64,000 nt of DNA from Candidatus Aenigmatarchaeota archaeon (GTDB lineage Archaea > Aenigmatarchaeota > Aenigmatarchaeia > GW2011-AR5), in the NCBI GenBank assembly GCA_016187335.1, contig JACPJW010000001.1, positions 128,001 to 192,000 on the forward strand, given 5' to 3'. The notes under the pieces were generated by a model. It saw nothing but the letters and a program-made list of their open reading frames with translations, was not told the DNA's origin and did not search any database. The translations under genes were made by a program, and so were the position numbers. Shown in pieces: positions 19,162 through 28,798 of this stretch (the stretch's first letter is position 1; each line of letters opens with the position of its first letter).

Positions 19162-19309
19162 GTTGCCACCTCGTTGTCGCTTGACGCAAAATCGCGTGAA
19201 TCATGAATTGCTTCGGGTTGTCTTGCGTCTGTTTTTGTTTTCAAACTTTGTTTTCGTTTAGGTTTCTTCCGTTTTGGTTCCTTTCGGTTATGACCGGACT
19301 TTCTGGTTT

Positions 19310-19338
19310 TTGGTTAAACTTTTTTATAAAAAGGTTGC
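19310..19338 (+). repeat. Family A mini-hairpin (imperfect)
   Basis: TTGGT followed by taaactttttt-at-aaaaaggttgc. Confidence 0.6.
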
Positions 19339-19351
19339 TTGAAAGAAAAAA

Positions 19352-19597
19352 TCACTTCTTCTTCTCGGCGCGTTCGCGCGCTTCCCATTTCATGTCTTCG
19401 TACTCAATCCAGGCGATGAGAAAGCCCAGGAACGCAAGGAACGCCCCGAAAGTCCCGAAGAACACCGTCTTCAGTGCGCTCCATGTATTAACGCCGAACA
19501 CGCTCCCGTTCCCGAACCAGGGGGTTGAAACGGCGTACCAATAAATGCCTGCGAATAAAATTAGCAGCCCTATGATCATTTTAACTGCTGAATTCAT
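19352..19597 (-). CDS. Small 2-TM membrane protein
   Basis: Two hydrophobic helices and a basic tail. Confidence 0.75.
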   Translation of the reverse strand: MNSAVKMIIGLLILFAGIYWYAVSTPWFGNGSVFGVNTWSALKTVFFGTFGAFLAFLGFLIAWIEYEDMKWEARERAEKKK

Positions 19598-19767
19598 TTT
19601 TTATCCACCTCTGGTTTACGTGATTATGTTTGTCGCAAAGCTTTTTAAACGCTATTGCTACAAGAACATACCGCTAGATATTTTATTAGTGGTATGTTCT
19701 GTACAATGAGAACGTACGTTCTCATTATAAAAGCAATTGTCGGATTTTTTTTTTGAAGGTGCCAAAA

Positions 19768-20325
19768 ATGGTTCATCAATATTTGCGGGAAGCGTGGAAA
19801 AAGCCCAGACAGACCGGCGAACAAAAACAGACCGACGAACGAAATTCGTCAAGCAACTTTGCGTCTATCGGTTCTCTTGTAAAGGATAAAGTGACAAAGT
19901 GGAGAAAGCAGGGAGTTGTTGTTCGTATTGACAAACCGACCAGGATTGACCGCGCCCGCTCTCTGGGTTACAAGGCGAAGCAGGGCTTTGTAATTGCAAG
20001 GGTGCGGATCAAGAAAGGCGGCAGAAGGCGCCACACAATAAGAAAAGGCAGAAAGCCGACGAAGGTCGGGCTTCGCCACTACACGCCTGAGAGAAGCAAG
20101 CAGTCAATAGCGGAAACCCGCGTTGCCGGAAGGTTTCCCAACATGGAGGTTCTGAATTCATACTACATCGGCGAGGACGGGAAATACAATTATTACGAGG
20201 TCATCCTTGTCGACTCCAATCATCCGGCAATAAGAAACGACAAAAGGATTTCGTGGATTGCCCGCCAGCGGCGGCGCGCATACAGGGGCCTGACATCAGC
20301 GGCAAAGAAATCAAGGGCGCTCTGA
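19768..20325 (+). CDS. rpl15e: 50S ribosomal protein L15e
   Basis: PTRIDRARSLGYKAKQG, FPNMEVLNSYYIGEDG, YYEVILVD; carries an insertion near the N-terminus. Confidence 0.96.
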   Translation: MVHQYLREAWKKPRQTGEQKQTDERNSSSNFASIGSLVKDKVTKWRKQGVVVRIDKPTRIDRARSLGYKAKQGFVIARVRIKKGGRRRHTIRKGRKPTKVGLRHYTPERSKQSIAETRVAGRFPNMEVLNSYYIGEDGKYNYYEVILVDSNHPAIRNDKRISWIARQRRRAYRGLTSAAKKSRAL

Positions 20326-20446
20326 TTCTTCCGTTTTAAAAGATTCCCGTCCTAAATTATTGCAAGGGCAGAACGCAGGATGGCATGAAGAAAGCAGCGG
20401 CGAACTTCGGCGCTTGCGATGTTGATGAAGCTCTTTGGTGGTAGTT

Positions 20447-21157
20447 ATGCCCTTCTACGACATGCATGTTCACACTACTCTTTCTATAGGCGAAAATACG
20501 CTGGGTGACATAGCGGATTTCGCGAAAAAGCTCGGCCTGAACGGCCTTGGCATTGTCAGGTATTACAGCGGCGGGAAAATCGAGCAACTGGCAAAAAGAA
20601 GCGACATTGATATCGTTGATGCGGTTATGCTCAAGCCTGCCAGCCCTGAAGAGCTGAACAGGCTGGCTGAGAAAGTTAGAGCAAGATCAGAAATCCTGAT
20701 GGTCCACGGCGGCAACTACGACGTGAACCGCGCCGCGTGCGAGAACCCGCTCATTGATGTTTTATGCCACCCGGAGCTTGGCAGGAACGACAGCGGCATT
20801 GACCATATTGTAGCAAAGGCGGCTGCTGAAAATGACGTTGCTGTTGAAATTAATTTCCGCGAGGTTCTGGAATCCTACAAGAGGCAGCGGGTGCATATTT
20901 TGTCAAGCATGAGGAAAAACGTGAAGCTGTGCGAGAAATACGAGGCGAAGATAATCACGGCTTCCGGCGCTATCTCAAAATGGAACATGCGCCCCGGCCG
21001 CGACCTGGCCGCACTGAGCCATTTGTTGGGCCTTGAGCTGGGAAAAGCGATAGACACTGTCACAACAATACCCGAAGAAATGGTAAGAGCGAACAGGGAG
21101 AAATTGGAAGGCAAAAGGTGGGAAGGAGTCAGCATTGTAGAGGAAGGTGGGGAATAG
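20447..21157 (+). CDS. rnp3: RNase P subunit p30 (Rpp30)
   Basis: PHP-fold DMHVH, NRAACEN, IDHIVAKAAAENDVAVEINF. Confidence 0.9.
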   Translation: MPFYDMHVHTTLSIGENTLGDIADFAKKLGLNGLGIVRYYSGGKIEQLAKRSDIDIVDAVMLKPASPEELNRLAEKVRARSEILMVHGGNYDVNRAACENPLIDVLCHPELGRNDSGIDHIVAKAAAENDVAVEINFREVLESYKRQRVHILSSMRKNVKLCEKYEAKIITASGAISKWNMRPGRDLAALSHLLGLELGKAIDTVTTIPEEMVRANREKLEGKRWEGVSIVEEGGE

Positions 21158-21477
21158 TGAAAATAAGCAAAGCACAGAAAATCGTGAAGGAATTTGCAAA
21201 GCGCAACAAATGGAAAGATGACCCGAACATAGACAAGTTCGACCATGTTCACGAGGAGCTAATAGAAATGTCAAGGCATTTGCGTTACAAGGAACTGGAA
21301 GAGCGCAAAAAAATCATCAAGGAAAGAAAAGAAGTTTTTGAGGACGGCATAGGTGATTTGCTTTTTGTTGTCATGCGCCTTTCAAACCAGCTTGGAATTG
21401 ATGCCGAGAAAGCTTTCGAAAAAGTAAAGAGAAGAATAACGAAAAGGTACGATAGGAAAAGCGAAGGAAAGAAGTGA
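21157..21477 (+). CDS. MazG-like nucleotide pyrophosphohydrolase
   Basis: HVHEELIE and EDGIGDLLFVVMRLSNQLGID; GTG start overlapping the rnp3 stop. Confidence 0.8.
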   Translation: MKISKAQKIVKEFAKRNKWKDDPNIDKFDHVHEELIEMSRHLRYKELEERKKIIKERKEVFEDGIGDLLFVVMRLSNQLGIDAEKAFEKVKRRITKRYDRKSEGKK

Positions 21478-21518
21478 AGATGAAAATGCGAAATTCGAAT
21501 TGACCGTGGTGAATAGTC

Positions 21519-21884
21519 ATGTCAGAACCCAAGATGCTGCCGCCGAGCATGCGCTCGCAGAAGCGCTATGTTGTATTTGAAATCATCAGCGAGCACAAAG
21601 TCGCTTATCCTGACATCGTCACGGCTGTATGGGCGAACATGTTGGGATTCCTGGGTGAAGCCGCGGCGAGCGAAGCAAAGATATGGAACATAAAAAACCT
21701 GTACGACGAGTCCCAGCAGAAGGGCGTCATAAGGTGTGCGCACGACCGCGTGGAGCATATAAGGACTGTCCTGTCCCTGATGCAGATAATCGGCGAATCC
21801 CGGTGCGTTGTACGGGTCGTCGGAGTGACAGGCACGATAAAGGCTGCCAGAAACAAGTATCTTTCTAAAGAAGCGGAGAAGTAG
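21519..21884 (+). CDS. rnp2: RNase P subunit Pop5
   Basis: LPPSMRSQKRYVVFE, GVIRC, VVGVTGTIKAA. Confidence 0.92.
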   Translation: MSEPKMLPPSMRSQKRYVVFEIISEHKVAYPDIVTAVWANMLGFLGEAAASEAKIWNIKNLYDESQQKGVIRCAHDRVEHIRTVLSLMQIIGESRCVVRVVGVTGTIKAARNKYLSKEAEK

Positions 21885-22018
21885 GAGAAAAATTTCAGCT
21901 TCCGGGGGAACTTAGGTTCTTCTGTATAAAAGGTTTTCTTTATTGGAAAATAGAAGGTAGCTTTATTGGTTTTTGGAAACAAGGAATGTTTGGAGTGAAT
22001 CATAGGGTGATTTTGGAT

Positions 22019-22420
22019 ATGGACTACAAAGAACTTCTGAAAAAAGCCCGCGCGAACCTGCCCGTGAAAAAGGGCGACGCCAGGTTTGAGATGCCGCGCG
22101 CCAGCGTGCTTATAACGGGCCGCCTGACTACCGTGAAGAATTTTTCGGACTTGGCCAAGATTTTGAGGCGTGATGCGAAGCATGTATCAAAATATTTATT
22201 CAAGGAGCTGGCAGTTCCGGGGGACATCAAGGGCGGCGAGCTCGTGCTGCAGGGAAAGTTTTCCTCGTCCGTGATCAACGGCAAGATAGAGAACTACGCT
22301 GAGGAGTTCGTCTACTGCCACGAGTGCGGCAAGCCCGACACGGTGGTTGTGAAAACAGACAGGATTGAGCAGATAAAATGCGAGGCGTGCGGCGCTCGCA
22401 GGCCTGCGCGCCATATCTGA
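22019..22420 (+). CDS. eif2b: Translation initiation factor 2 beta
   Basis: YKELLKKA, RFEMP, NFSDLAKILRR, CHECGKPDT, CEACGA. Confidence 0.95.
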   Translation: MDYKELLKKARANLPVKKGDARFEMPRASVLITGRLTTVKNFSDLAKILRRDAKHVSKYLFKELAVPGDIKGGELVLQGKFSSSVINGKIENYAEEFVYCHECGKPDTVVVKTDRIEQIKCEACGARRPARHI

Positions 22421-22442
22421 AGAACATGAATTTTGGCGGAAG

Positions 22443-22748
22443 ATGGTTCCGATGTTTGACTATAAGGTATTCAGGGCCGGCAGCGATGTCCTGGTTGCAA
22501 TAGCCGATTCTTCTATAGTAGGGAAAAAATTTTCCGAGGGCGGCCTGGAACTGGAAGTGAAAAGGGATTTTTACGGCGGCATGAAATGCGATGAAAGGAA
22601 AGCTGTGAAAATCGTGAATTCAGCCACTATCGTCAATGCAGTCGGCAAGGATATCGTATCGCTGCTGCTGAAGAAAGGCTTTGTGGACGGCGACAAGGTC
22701 ATCAAGGTGCAGAAAATACCGCATGCCCAGATAGTTGTGGTGAAGTGA
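22443..22748 (+). CDS. DUF424-family protein
   Basis: LVAIADSSIVGKKF, FYGG, ATIVNAVG, IPHAQI. Confidence 0.85.
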   Translation: MVPMFDYKVFRAGSDVLVAIADSSIVGKKFSEGGLELEVKRDFYGGMKCDERKAVKIVNSATIVNAVGKDIVSLLLKKGFVDGDKVIKVQKIPHAQIVVVK

Positions 22749-22753
22749 GTAAA

Positions 22754-23674
22754 TTATTCAACTTGAATTTCCGGAGCCTTGGATTCTTCATATAATTCAT
22801 TCAGATACATATTCGGGCCGCCCAGTATTCCCGCAACACGACTAAAGGCGGTTACAGGATCTTTAGGATCTACTTCGCCTTTGTACCATTTCATGTGGTG
22901 AGTTTTTTCCCAGTTGTATCTATGTTCGGATATTCCTGATTTTAGCAAGATTCTTCTTGCAAGCTCGGGATTTTCACCCTCCGATAGAAAAATCAAAGTC
23001 GTTACTGCGCTTTCATAATGCAACCCAGCTGTCCCAATAGGCTCTATCTGAGCTGCTACTTGCCTTAGTCCGTCTTTACTGCGCTCGGGATTAACAACGG
23101 GCTTTCCGACATCTTTCAACTGCGGCGTAAACCTTTCAGCCAGTTCAATTATTCTTCCTGCAGGGGTCTGTGGATGACCATCAGCGATTTCTTGCAGAAG
23201 CCTTCTATACATAGTTGCGGCTCTGAAACATCTTGCATTGTCCCTGACGTGATGATTAAGGCAAGGTTCAAGATTGTAATCAATTCGCAAACATGAATCT
23301 TCTCTTGCTAATTGATAAAATTCATTTCCTTTAGGTTCAAGGACATGGGACTCGTGCGGCAATAAAACAATATGAGAAAGCATCATAATACTCATTTTGT
23401 CCGAAGCATCTTCGTCAAAAAATACTACGCCTCGATATTCTCCGGTCTTGCATCCAAGACACAAGTCACTTACATGAATCCCTCCATACGATTCGAGTTG
23501 TTCTGCTGGAATGACACCAGGAAAAGTATAACGTCTTCCAAAAGGTTCAACCGTGCTTTTTGTTTGGAATCGCCCAAACCCCGCAGGACCCCAAGAAGTT
23601 TGCGTGGTTCCATCTTTTCCGCAATGAAGGCATGCAAGATTCTTTATAAGATGAACGTAGTCTATGGCGCTCAT
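22754..23674 (-). CDS. Hypothetical protein (ORFan) with two CxxC motifs
   Basis: CLHC and CLGC; AT-richer codon usage. Confidence 0.65.
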   Translation of the reverse strand: MSAIDYVHLIKNLACLHCGKDGTTQTSWGPAGFGRFQTKSTVEPFGRRYTFPGVIPAEQLESYGGIHVSDLCLGCKTGEYRGVVFFDEDASDKMSIMMLSHIVLLPHESHVLEPKGNEFYQLAREDSCLRIDYNLEPCLNHHVRDNARCFRAATMYRRLLQEIADGHPQTPAGRIIELAERFTPQLKDVGKPVVNPERSKDGLRQVAAQIEPIGTAGLHYESAVTTLIFLSEGENPELARRILLKSGISEHRYNWEKTHHMKWYKGEVDPKDPVTAFSRVAGILGGPNMYLNELYEESKAPEIQVE

Positions 23675-23756
23675 AAAACTTCCTTAATACTAATACCTCT
23701 TAGCTTAAATTCGTGAAATAATAGATGGAATCAATTACAAAGATATCACAAATAAA

Positions 23757-24119
23757 TCACGTCGTGAACGTCTCGGTCTTCTTCGCCCTGTTCGAGGAAA
23801 TGCCCAGCGTTATGGTGTATTTTTTCTGGGCGCAGTCCGCGGCAGAAAAGGAAACGTCTTCTATGTATCCCAAGGACGCCATCTTCCTTTTTGTGTAATA
23901 AATGGCTTCACTGAGGTTTTTTTCGATGCCCGCGCAGTCCGGCGGCGAGCTGCTCACAGAGTTTTCCAGCACCGTCTTCACGTTCTCGAAATAGAATGCC
24001 TCCGAAGACGTTCCTGTCGGCAGAAAATCTATTGCAGAATAGTCCCTGAGCAGGCCGGAAAGAACGACAAAAAACGACGTTATGACGACGGCGGAAATTA
24101 TGAACCACTGGCCTTTCAT
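23757..24119 (-). CDS. Pilin-like protein with class III signal peptide
   Basis: MKGQ|WFIISAVVITSFFVVL. Confidence 0.7.
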   Translation of the reverse strand: MKGQWFIISAVVITSFFVVLSGLLRDYSAIDFLPTGTSSEAFYFENVKTVLENSVSSSPPDCAGIEKNLSEAIYYTKRKMASLGYIEDVSFSAADCAQKKYTITLGISSNRAKKTETFTT

Positions 24120-24143
24120 GGAAAACTAATTGGCTGCGCGGCT

Positions 24144-25247
24144 TTAATGCTTTTTGCTGAAACTGATTATTTCTTCCGCCTCGCCTTCTTCCAGAGAAAA
24201 CTTCTCCGCCAGGGCGGCATTCTTGCGGAGCAGCGCGGAAACAAGCGGAATATAGCTCCTTGCCTTTTTTCTTGATGTGCCGAGCGCCGAGGCGATTTTT
24301 TCCAGTGCATCATTGCCTTTGCCCGCATAGAACCTCCGCGGCGGCTGGTATCTGGTAAAGCCGGCGTAAGCTTTTTTCTTGCTCAATGAAACGCCAAAAG
24401 CCGCGAGGTCGTATGCAAACTTCTGCAGGCTCCACGACTGCCTTTTTATTATCCTTGCTGAGAACAAATCCGACTTTGAAAGGTAGTCATAAGCAGCGGC
24501 GATTTCATCTTCGCTCCTGTATTCGTTAGCTATGTTCTCCTGCAGCCACGGTATCACGCTCTCTCCCGCGCTGCGCATTGCTTCGGAAACCGCGGAAATG
24601 CTCTTTGTCTTGAAAATTGTTCTCATAACAGCAAAAATATTTTCCTCGAAATCGCGCCGGCTTTCGCCTGAAAACAAATCAATAATGGCCGCGCGCAGGT
24701 CGCCGTTGCAGTTAACCGCTATCCTCCTTATCGCCTTCATCTCCATATCCATTTTTTCCAAAACAGCTACCTTCCTCAGGAAGTATTCAACGTCGTCAGC
24801 GGCGATCCTCTCGTATTTGACAAGAACGCAGCATTCGCGCAGCGCCCTCAATTTTTGCTCGTAAGCGTCGGTGGCGATGACAATCACAGGGAATTCGCTT
24901 TCCTGTACGAGGCCCTTTATGGCGGCGGCGGAATCCAGCGCTTCCGCGTCGTCTATGACAAACAGCTTTTTCTTGTAAAAAATGCTCCTCTGCTTCGCCG
25001 CCTTGAGCAGGGTTTCCTTTATGGCAGAAGCGCTCCTGATGTCGGAAGCGTAGCTCTCCACGAGCTCGCAGCCAAGCTCCTTTGCTATGAGCTTTACGGA
25101 CAAGGATTTGCCGACGCCCGGCGGACCGTAAAGAAGAAGCCCCTTTCCTTTCTTCCAGTTTTTCACCCATCGCAATATTCCGGCGGCCTGCTGCCTGTTG
25201 CCAGCAAAATCCTTGAGCGACATGGGCTCGTATTTCCGGAGGAGCAT
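24144..25247 (-). CDS. rfcL: Replication factor C large subunit
   Basis: KYEP.SL.D, GPPGVGKS, ELVESYASDIRS, GDLRAAI, QSWSLQKFA. Confidence 0.9.
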   Translation of the reverse strand: MLLRKYEPMSLKDFAGNRQQAAGILRWVKNWKKGKGLLLYGPPGVGKSLSVKLIAKELGCELVESYASDIRSASAIKETLLKAAKQRSIFYKKKLFVIDDAEALDSAAAIKGLVQESEFPVIVIATDAYEQKLRALRECCVLVKYERIAADDVEYFLRKVAVLEKMDMEMKAIRRIAVNCNGDLRAAIIDLFSGESRRDFEENIFAVMRTIFKTKSISAVSEAMRSAGESVIPWLQENIANEYRSEDEIAAAYDYLSKSDLFSARIIKRQSWSLQKFAYDLAAFGVSLSKKKAYAGFTRYQPPRRFYAGKGNDALEKIASALGTSRKKARSYIPLVSALLRKNAALAEKFSLEEGEAEEIISFSKKH

Positions 25248-25297
25248 GCTTTTCCTTTGGGAAGAATTTATAAAAAGAAGGTACACTGCAACTGCAT

Positions 25298-25999
25298 CTA
25301 CGCTGTTTTCTCGATTGCATCTGCCAGTTCATCACGAAGGGGGAAAATTCCATGTGAAAGATTTTCTGTCATTTCATCGATGAAGGGTGTTCGTCTTTCC
25401 TCTTGGCGTGCAATGATTTCATCTAGATGCCTTGTCGCCTCCTTGTCGCCAGCCATCTCCCTTCTTATTAAATCTTCTGCAAAATCACCTGTATATTCAG
25501 CGCCACAAATGTAAACGTCATATGCTTCGAGACTTTCTTCGATTTCGCCGAGCCTTAGCCTGACGTGAACAAGCCCGGCTCTGTCAGTTAAAATCGTCTC
25601 GGGCAATCTTCTGTTTTCAAGCCAATGGCGGGGGAAGCGTCTCCATGCTGGATTTCCAAGTCTTCTTATTGAATAAGAGGAGCAAGCCATTCCAGCCAGT
25701 TCATATCTCTGGTAAAGATGCCAGCTGGAATAAAAAACTTCGGTTGCTCTCCCCCATATCGCCGCTATATCCAGCGGACCCAAGCTGAAATCTCCTATGT
25801 CCTCAATCGCATCAGCAAGGAACCCGTAACTTCTTCTGACAAAAGAATATAATTCGTTGTTATGCTTAATTTTCAAAGACTTATCATTGAGCTGCTGGAT
25901 TATCGGCAGATGAGCGTCAATAACAGAAATCACCGGGTGCTGTCCGTACGCCCCCTCCCTTCGCGCTGCCTGCTCTATAAGCTCTCTCGTAAGTTCCAT
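25298..25999 (-). CDS. Hypothetical protein (ORFan)
   Basis: 233-aa ORF with AT-richer codon usage. Confidence 0.65.
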   Translation of the reverse strand: MELTRELIEQAARREGAYGQHPVISVIDAHLPIIQQLNDKSLKIKHNNELYSFVRRSYGFLADAIEDIGDFSLGPLDIAAIWGRATEVFYSSWHLYQRYELAGMACSSYSIRRLGNPAWRRFPRHWLENRRLPETILTDRAGLVHVRLRLGEIEESLEAYDVYICGAEYTGDFAEDLIRREMAGDKEATRHLDEIIARQEERRTPFIDEMTENLSHGIFPLRDELADAIEKTA

Positions 26000-26029
26000 A
26001 GCAATCTGAAATCTCTGAAGGATTTAAAT

Positions 26030-26521
26030 TCAGAACCTGTATTCCTCCAACTTGTATATCTTTGATACGATGACTTCCTTCCAGTCGCCTATCAGGCCGC
26101 CGAATTTCTCGCGGAACTCCAGCTTCATGGTTTCGAACTCGCGCGCATCTTTGGCAAGAAAAACTATGTACAAATCATAATCGCCGAGCATGGCCATGAG
26201 GTCGATGACCCTCGGATTCTTTTTCATCGCGTCGATCAGCGCCTCGTACTTCTCCTTGTCTATGTCCTTCAGCTTGATGTAGACATGCACGGCGAAGCCG
26301 ATGCCTATTTTGCCCGGATCCGGCTCTATCGTATATCGCCTTATCACCCCGATGCGCTCAAGCTTTGCTATGCGCTTCTTCGTGGAATCAACGGAAAGAC
26401 CTATGTCACCGGCGATTTTTGTCAGTTTTGAGCGTGCATTTTCGCCTAAAATGTTCAGGATGCGCCTGTCTTTCTCGTCCAGGTGCCTTATTTTCTCCGA
26501 TTCCTCTTCATTTTTGACCAT
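26030..26521 (-). CDS. Lrp/AsnC-family transcriptional regulator
   Basis: LDEKDRRILNIL.ENAR, KRIAKLERIGVIRRYTI, LGDYDL. Confidence 0.93.
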   Translation of the reverse strand: MVKNEEESEKIRHLDEKDRRILNILGENARSKLTKIAGDIGLSVDSTKKRIAKLERIGVIRRYTIEPDPGKIGIGFAVHVYIKLKDIDKEKYEALIDAMKKNPRVIDLMAMLGDYDLYIVFLAKDAREFETMKLEFREKFGGLIGDWKEVIVSKIYKLEEYRF

Positions 26522-26547
26522 ATTTATCTTATAAATTAAGATAAATA
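26521..26547. promoter_or_regulatory. Candidate operator at the Lrp start
   Basis: tatttatctt-ataaatt-aagataaata, perfect 10-bp inverted repeat abutting the start codon. Confidence 0.4.
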
Positions 26548-26617
26548 TTTAAAGAAATTCCTATTTTTTAAGACATTTTTCGTTAAAAGGCTTAATACTT
26601 TCACATACTACTATATA

Positions 26618-26821
26618 GTGGTGATAATAATGATATTTGGTTTCATGGAAAGCGCTCCCCTGAAAGAGGTCAGGCAGAGCAGGCTTAATCCTCCTGCTGT
26701 TTTCAGGAAAAAGAATGAGGATTGTTCGGGCTGCGTTGACGTTTTTGATTTCAGCCTGAACGGAAGCGGGGCTGTCTTCAGGACAGTAACCTGCGGGTAC
26801 CACGGTGAGGGATTAAAGTGA
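26618..26821 (+). CDS. Small hypothetical protein, possible metal binding
   Basis: CSGC and CGYH motifs; stop overlaps next start. Confidence 0.45.
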   Translation: MVIIMIFGFMESAPLKEVRQSRLNPPAVFRKKNEDCSGCVDVFDFSLNGSGAVFRTVTCGYHGEGLK

Positions 26822-27087
26822 TGTTCTTCCTTGGTTATGCAGTTGGAATTAACGGGCAACCGCAAGAACCATTATTCAAAGGCCGATTAGCAGAGTCGTT
26901 GGTCAGAGGGGCATTGATTGGGCTCAGGCGGGGTCTGGAACAGGGTCATGAACCATCGGAAATTGAAAGTTATCTTGTCTTCGAAAAAGAAAACGGAGAA
27001 AGATTTTACAAGGTATTGTTCCAATCAGAAGTCCAACCAAAGAATCCCGGGTACAAAAGTAGAGACCATTGCGGGTACGGGTTATAG
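26818..27087 (+). CDS. Hypothetical protein (ORFan)
   Basis: 89-aa ORF in a tightly coupled run. Confidence 0.5.
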   Translation: MMFFLGYAVGINGQPQEPLFKGRLAESLVRGALIGLRRGLEQGHEPSEIESYLVFEKENGERFYKVLFQSEVQPKNPGYKSRDHCGYGL

Positions 27088-27488
27088 TCATGACAGAATA
27101 TTTCTCACAGTCCAAAAGCGTCAGGGAAACAGCTGGCAGGTTAGGTATCTCGTCGTACGAAGAAGCGGCAGCTGGATTAAACGGGGCACAAAGGCGTCTG
27201 CGCGAAATAGATAGTGAAATCAACAGGCTTCAGCGTCTCAAATCCGCAGCGATAGGCCAAGTTCGGGATTACCATTTCTGCTCGCGCCTGCGTGATTACA
27301 GGGAAGCTGTAATAAGAGAGCTTGATGGAAAGGACCCGAGGCAAATGGACGAGCAGGAACGTGCTGCGTTGCAAAACTCTGTGAAGATTCGCGCTTACGA
27401 ACATGGCTTCGACGTCTTCGGCATGGAACAGCGAAGAATGCGGGAAAAGCTCGCGAGCAGGTTGAGCGTGACGGACAAGAGGAAATAA
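27069..27488 (+). CDS. Hypothetical coiled-coil protein (ORFan)
   Basis: 139-aa ORF; start may be 27090. Confidence 0.55.
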   Translation: MRVRVIVMTEYFSQSKSVRETAGRLGISSYEEAAAGLNGAQRRLREIDSEINRLQRLKSAAIGQVRDYHFCSRLRDYREAVIRELDGKDPRQMDEQERAALQNSVKIRAYEHGFDVFGMEQRRMREKLASRLSVTDKRK

Positions 27489-27608
27489 AACAGTAAAGAG
27501 AATGTGAAACGGCAAGGCAATTGCAGAAACGATAGGAATATTTTACCGGTTTTTTCTTTCCGTTTATTCCGCAATCATTATTTAAGATTTCATCGCGATT
27601 TATTCAAC

Positions 27609-27821
27609 ATGCGCAGGCAGGCAAAGAAAATAGAAATAAAAAACGCCATGAAATGCGGGCGCTGCGAGCTTTCATTCAAGAGCATGCTCGCGCTGAAGAG
27701 GCACAGCCACGTGCATCTGGACGACATGCAGGAACTGAGGCTGCTGCAGGAAGGCCACAAGCCCGTGGAAACGAAGTTCGGCGGGATTTTCAAGGGGAAA
27801 AATAAGGTTATAATAAGTTAA
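27609..27821 (+). CDS. Small C2H2 zinc-finger protein
   Basis: CGRCELSFKSMLALKRHSHVH fits C-x2-C-x3-F-x5-L-x2-H-x3-H. Confidence 0.8.
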   Translation: MRRQAKKIEIKNAMKCGRCELSFKSMLALKRHSHVHLDDMQELRLLQEGHKPVETKFGGIFKGKNKVIIS

Positions 27822-27825
27822 TTCT

Positions 27826-27977
27826 TTGATTAAACTTTCTTTCTAAGAAAGTTTACAAGAACAGGGTTATTATAAGCTAATTCTTTTGGTGCAACTTTTC
27901 CTAAAAGTTGCTTTGATTAAACTTTGGATTTACTGGCCACAAGTCTCTTTTGGTGCAACTTTGGAGAAGCAAATTGC
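27826..27977 (+). repeat. Cluster of four family A mini-hairpin copies
   Basis: TTGAT+taaactttctt/tct/aagaaagttta; TTGGT+gcaactttt/cct/aaaagttgc; one partial and one degenerate copy. Confidence 0.8.
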
Positions 27978-28730
27978 TTAGTGACCGCCGTATTTGAATA
28001 ATGCAGTCATGTATATTTTTTCTAATTTAGGTATCTCTTCTCTGGGAAGACGTAACTCCAATGCTTCAAGCGTTCTGCTCATTGACCTGTATCTTACTGT
28101 ATCCCTTATGAAAGGCTTGAATCCTTCTTTGCCGTCATGAGGGCTGACATAATATCTGTTTACAAGATCGCCGAATGCAAGCGCCTCCCGATAAGGCGTT
28201 GTCGTCTCTATTTCTCTTCTTCCATTACCATCTTCATTAAGCCAGCCGCCGTATTCTGCGTATGTCTCCATGAAAAGCGTTGCTAGTGGTTGCGGAACAT
28301 CAGCGCTTTTCAAAAGTCTTCTGGACCTGACATGCCTAGTTTCGTGGTCCGTGACTCTTTGAGGGCGTAAGTGAGAAGGTAAACGTCTATTGAAACCCAT
28401 CACAGGAACTTTCACAGCATCTCTAATTGGGTCGTACTGGAAGCCTGTGACGCCTGGCGGACCGTTTTCATATACTACAACGGGTACTCTACTGTTTTCA
28501 GGTTTATCACCCACGCCAAGGTCATCTTCTTGGTTTATCTTCCTGAAAGACCTTTCTACGCTTGATCTAACATCATAAGGCAAACCGCTTGTATCCAGAG
28601 AAGGCATAAGGAGTCCGCGCAGCATTCCTCTTAATCTGAATCCGGGCATCATGAGCGTAAGTTCGTCCACTAATTCCTGCACGCTTGTCCCGCCCCTGTA
28701 GTCCGAAATGCTTCCTCTCATCCAAATCAC
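27978..28730 (-). CDS. Hypothetical protein with HExxH motif (possible zincin metalloprotease)
   Basis: VTDHETRHV followed by METYAE; AT-richer codon usage. Confidence 0.6.
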   Translation of the reverse strand: MIWMRGSISDYRGGTSVQELVDELTLMMPGFRLRGMLRGLLMPSLDTSGLPYDVRSSVERSFRKINQEDDLGVGDKPENSRVPVVVYENGPPGVTGFQYDPIRDAVKVPVMGFNRRLPSHLRPQRVTDHETRHVRSRRLLKSADVPQPLATLFMETYAEYGGWLNEDGNGRREIETTTPYREALAFGDLVNRYYVSPHDGKEGFKPFIRDTVRYRSMSRTLEALELRLPREEIPKLEKIYMTALFKYGGH

Positions 28731-28798
28731 ATCTATTCCTTGCCGCCCAGCGATTTAAGCTTTTCCCTTTTTAAAGCTATTCCCGGCTCTTTTTTATT

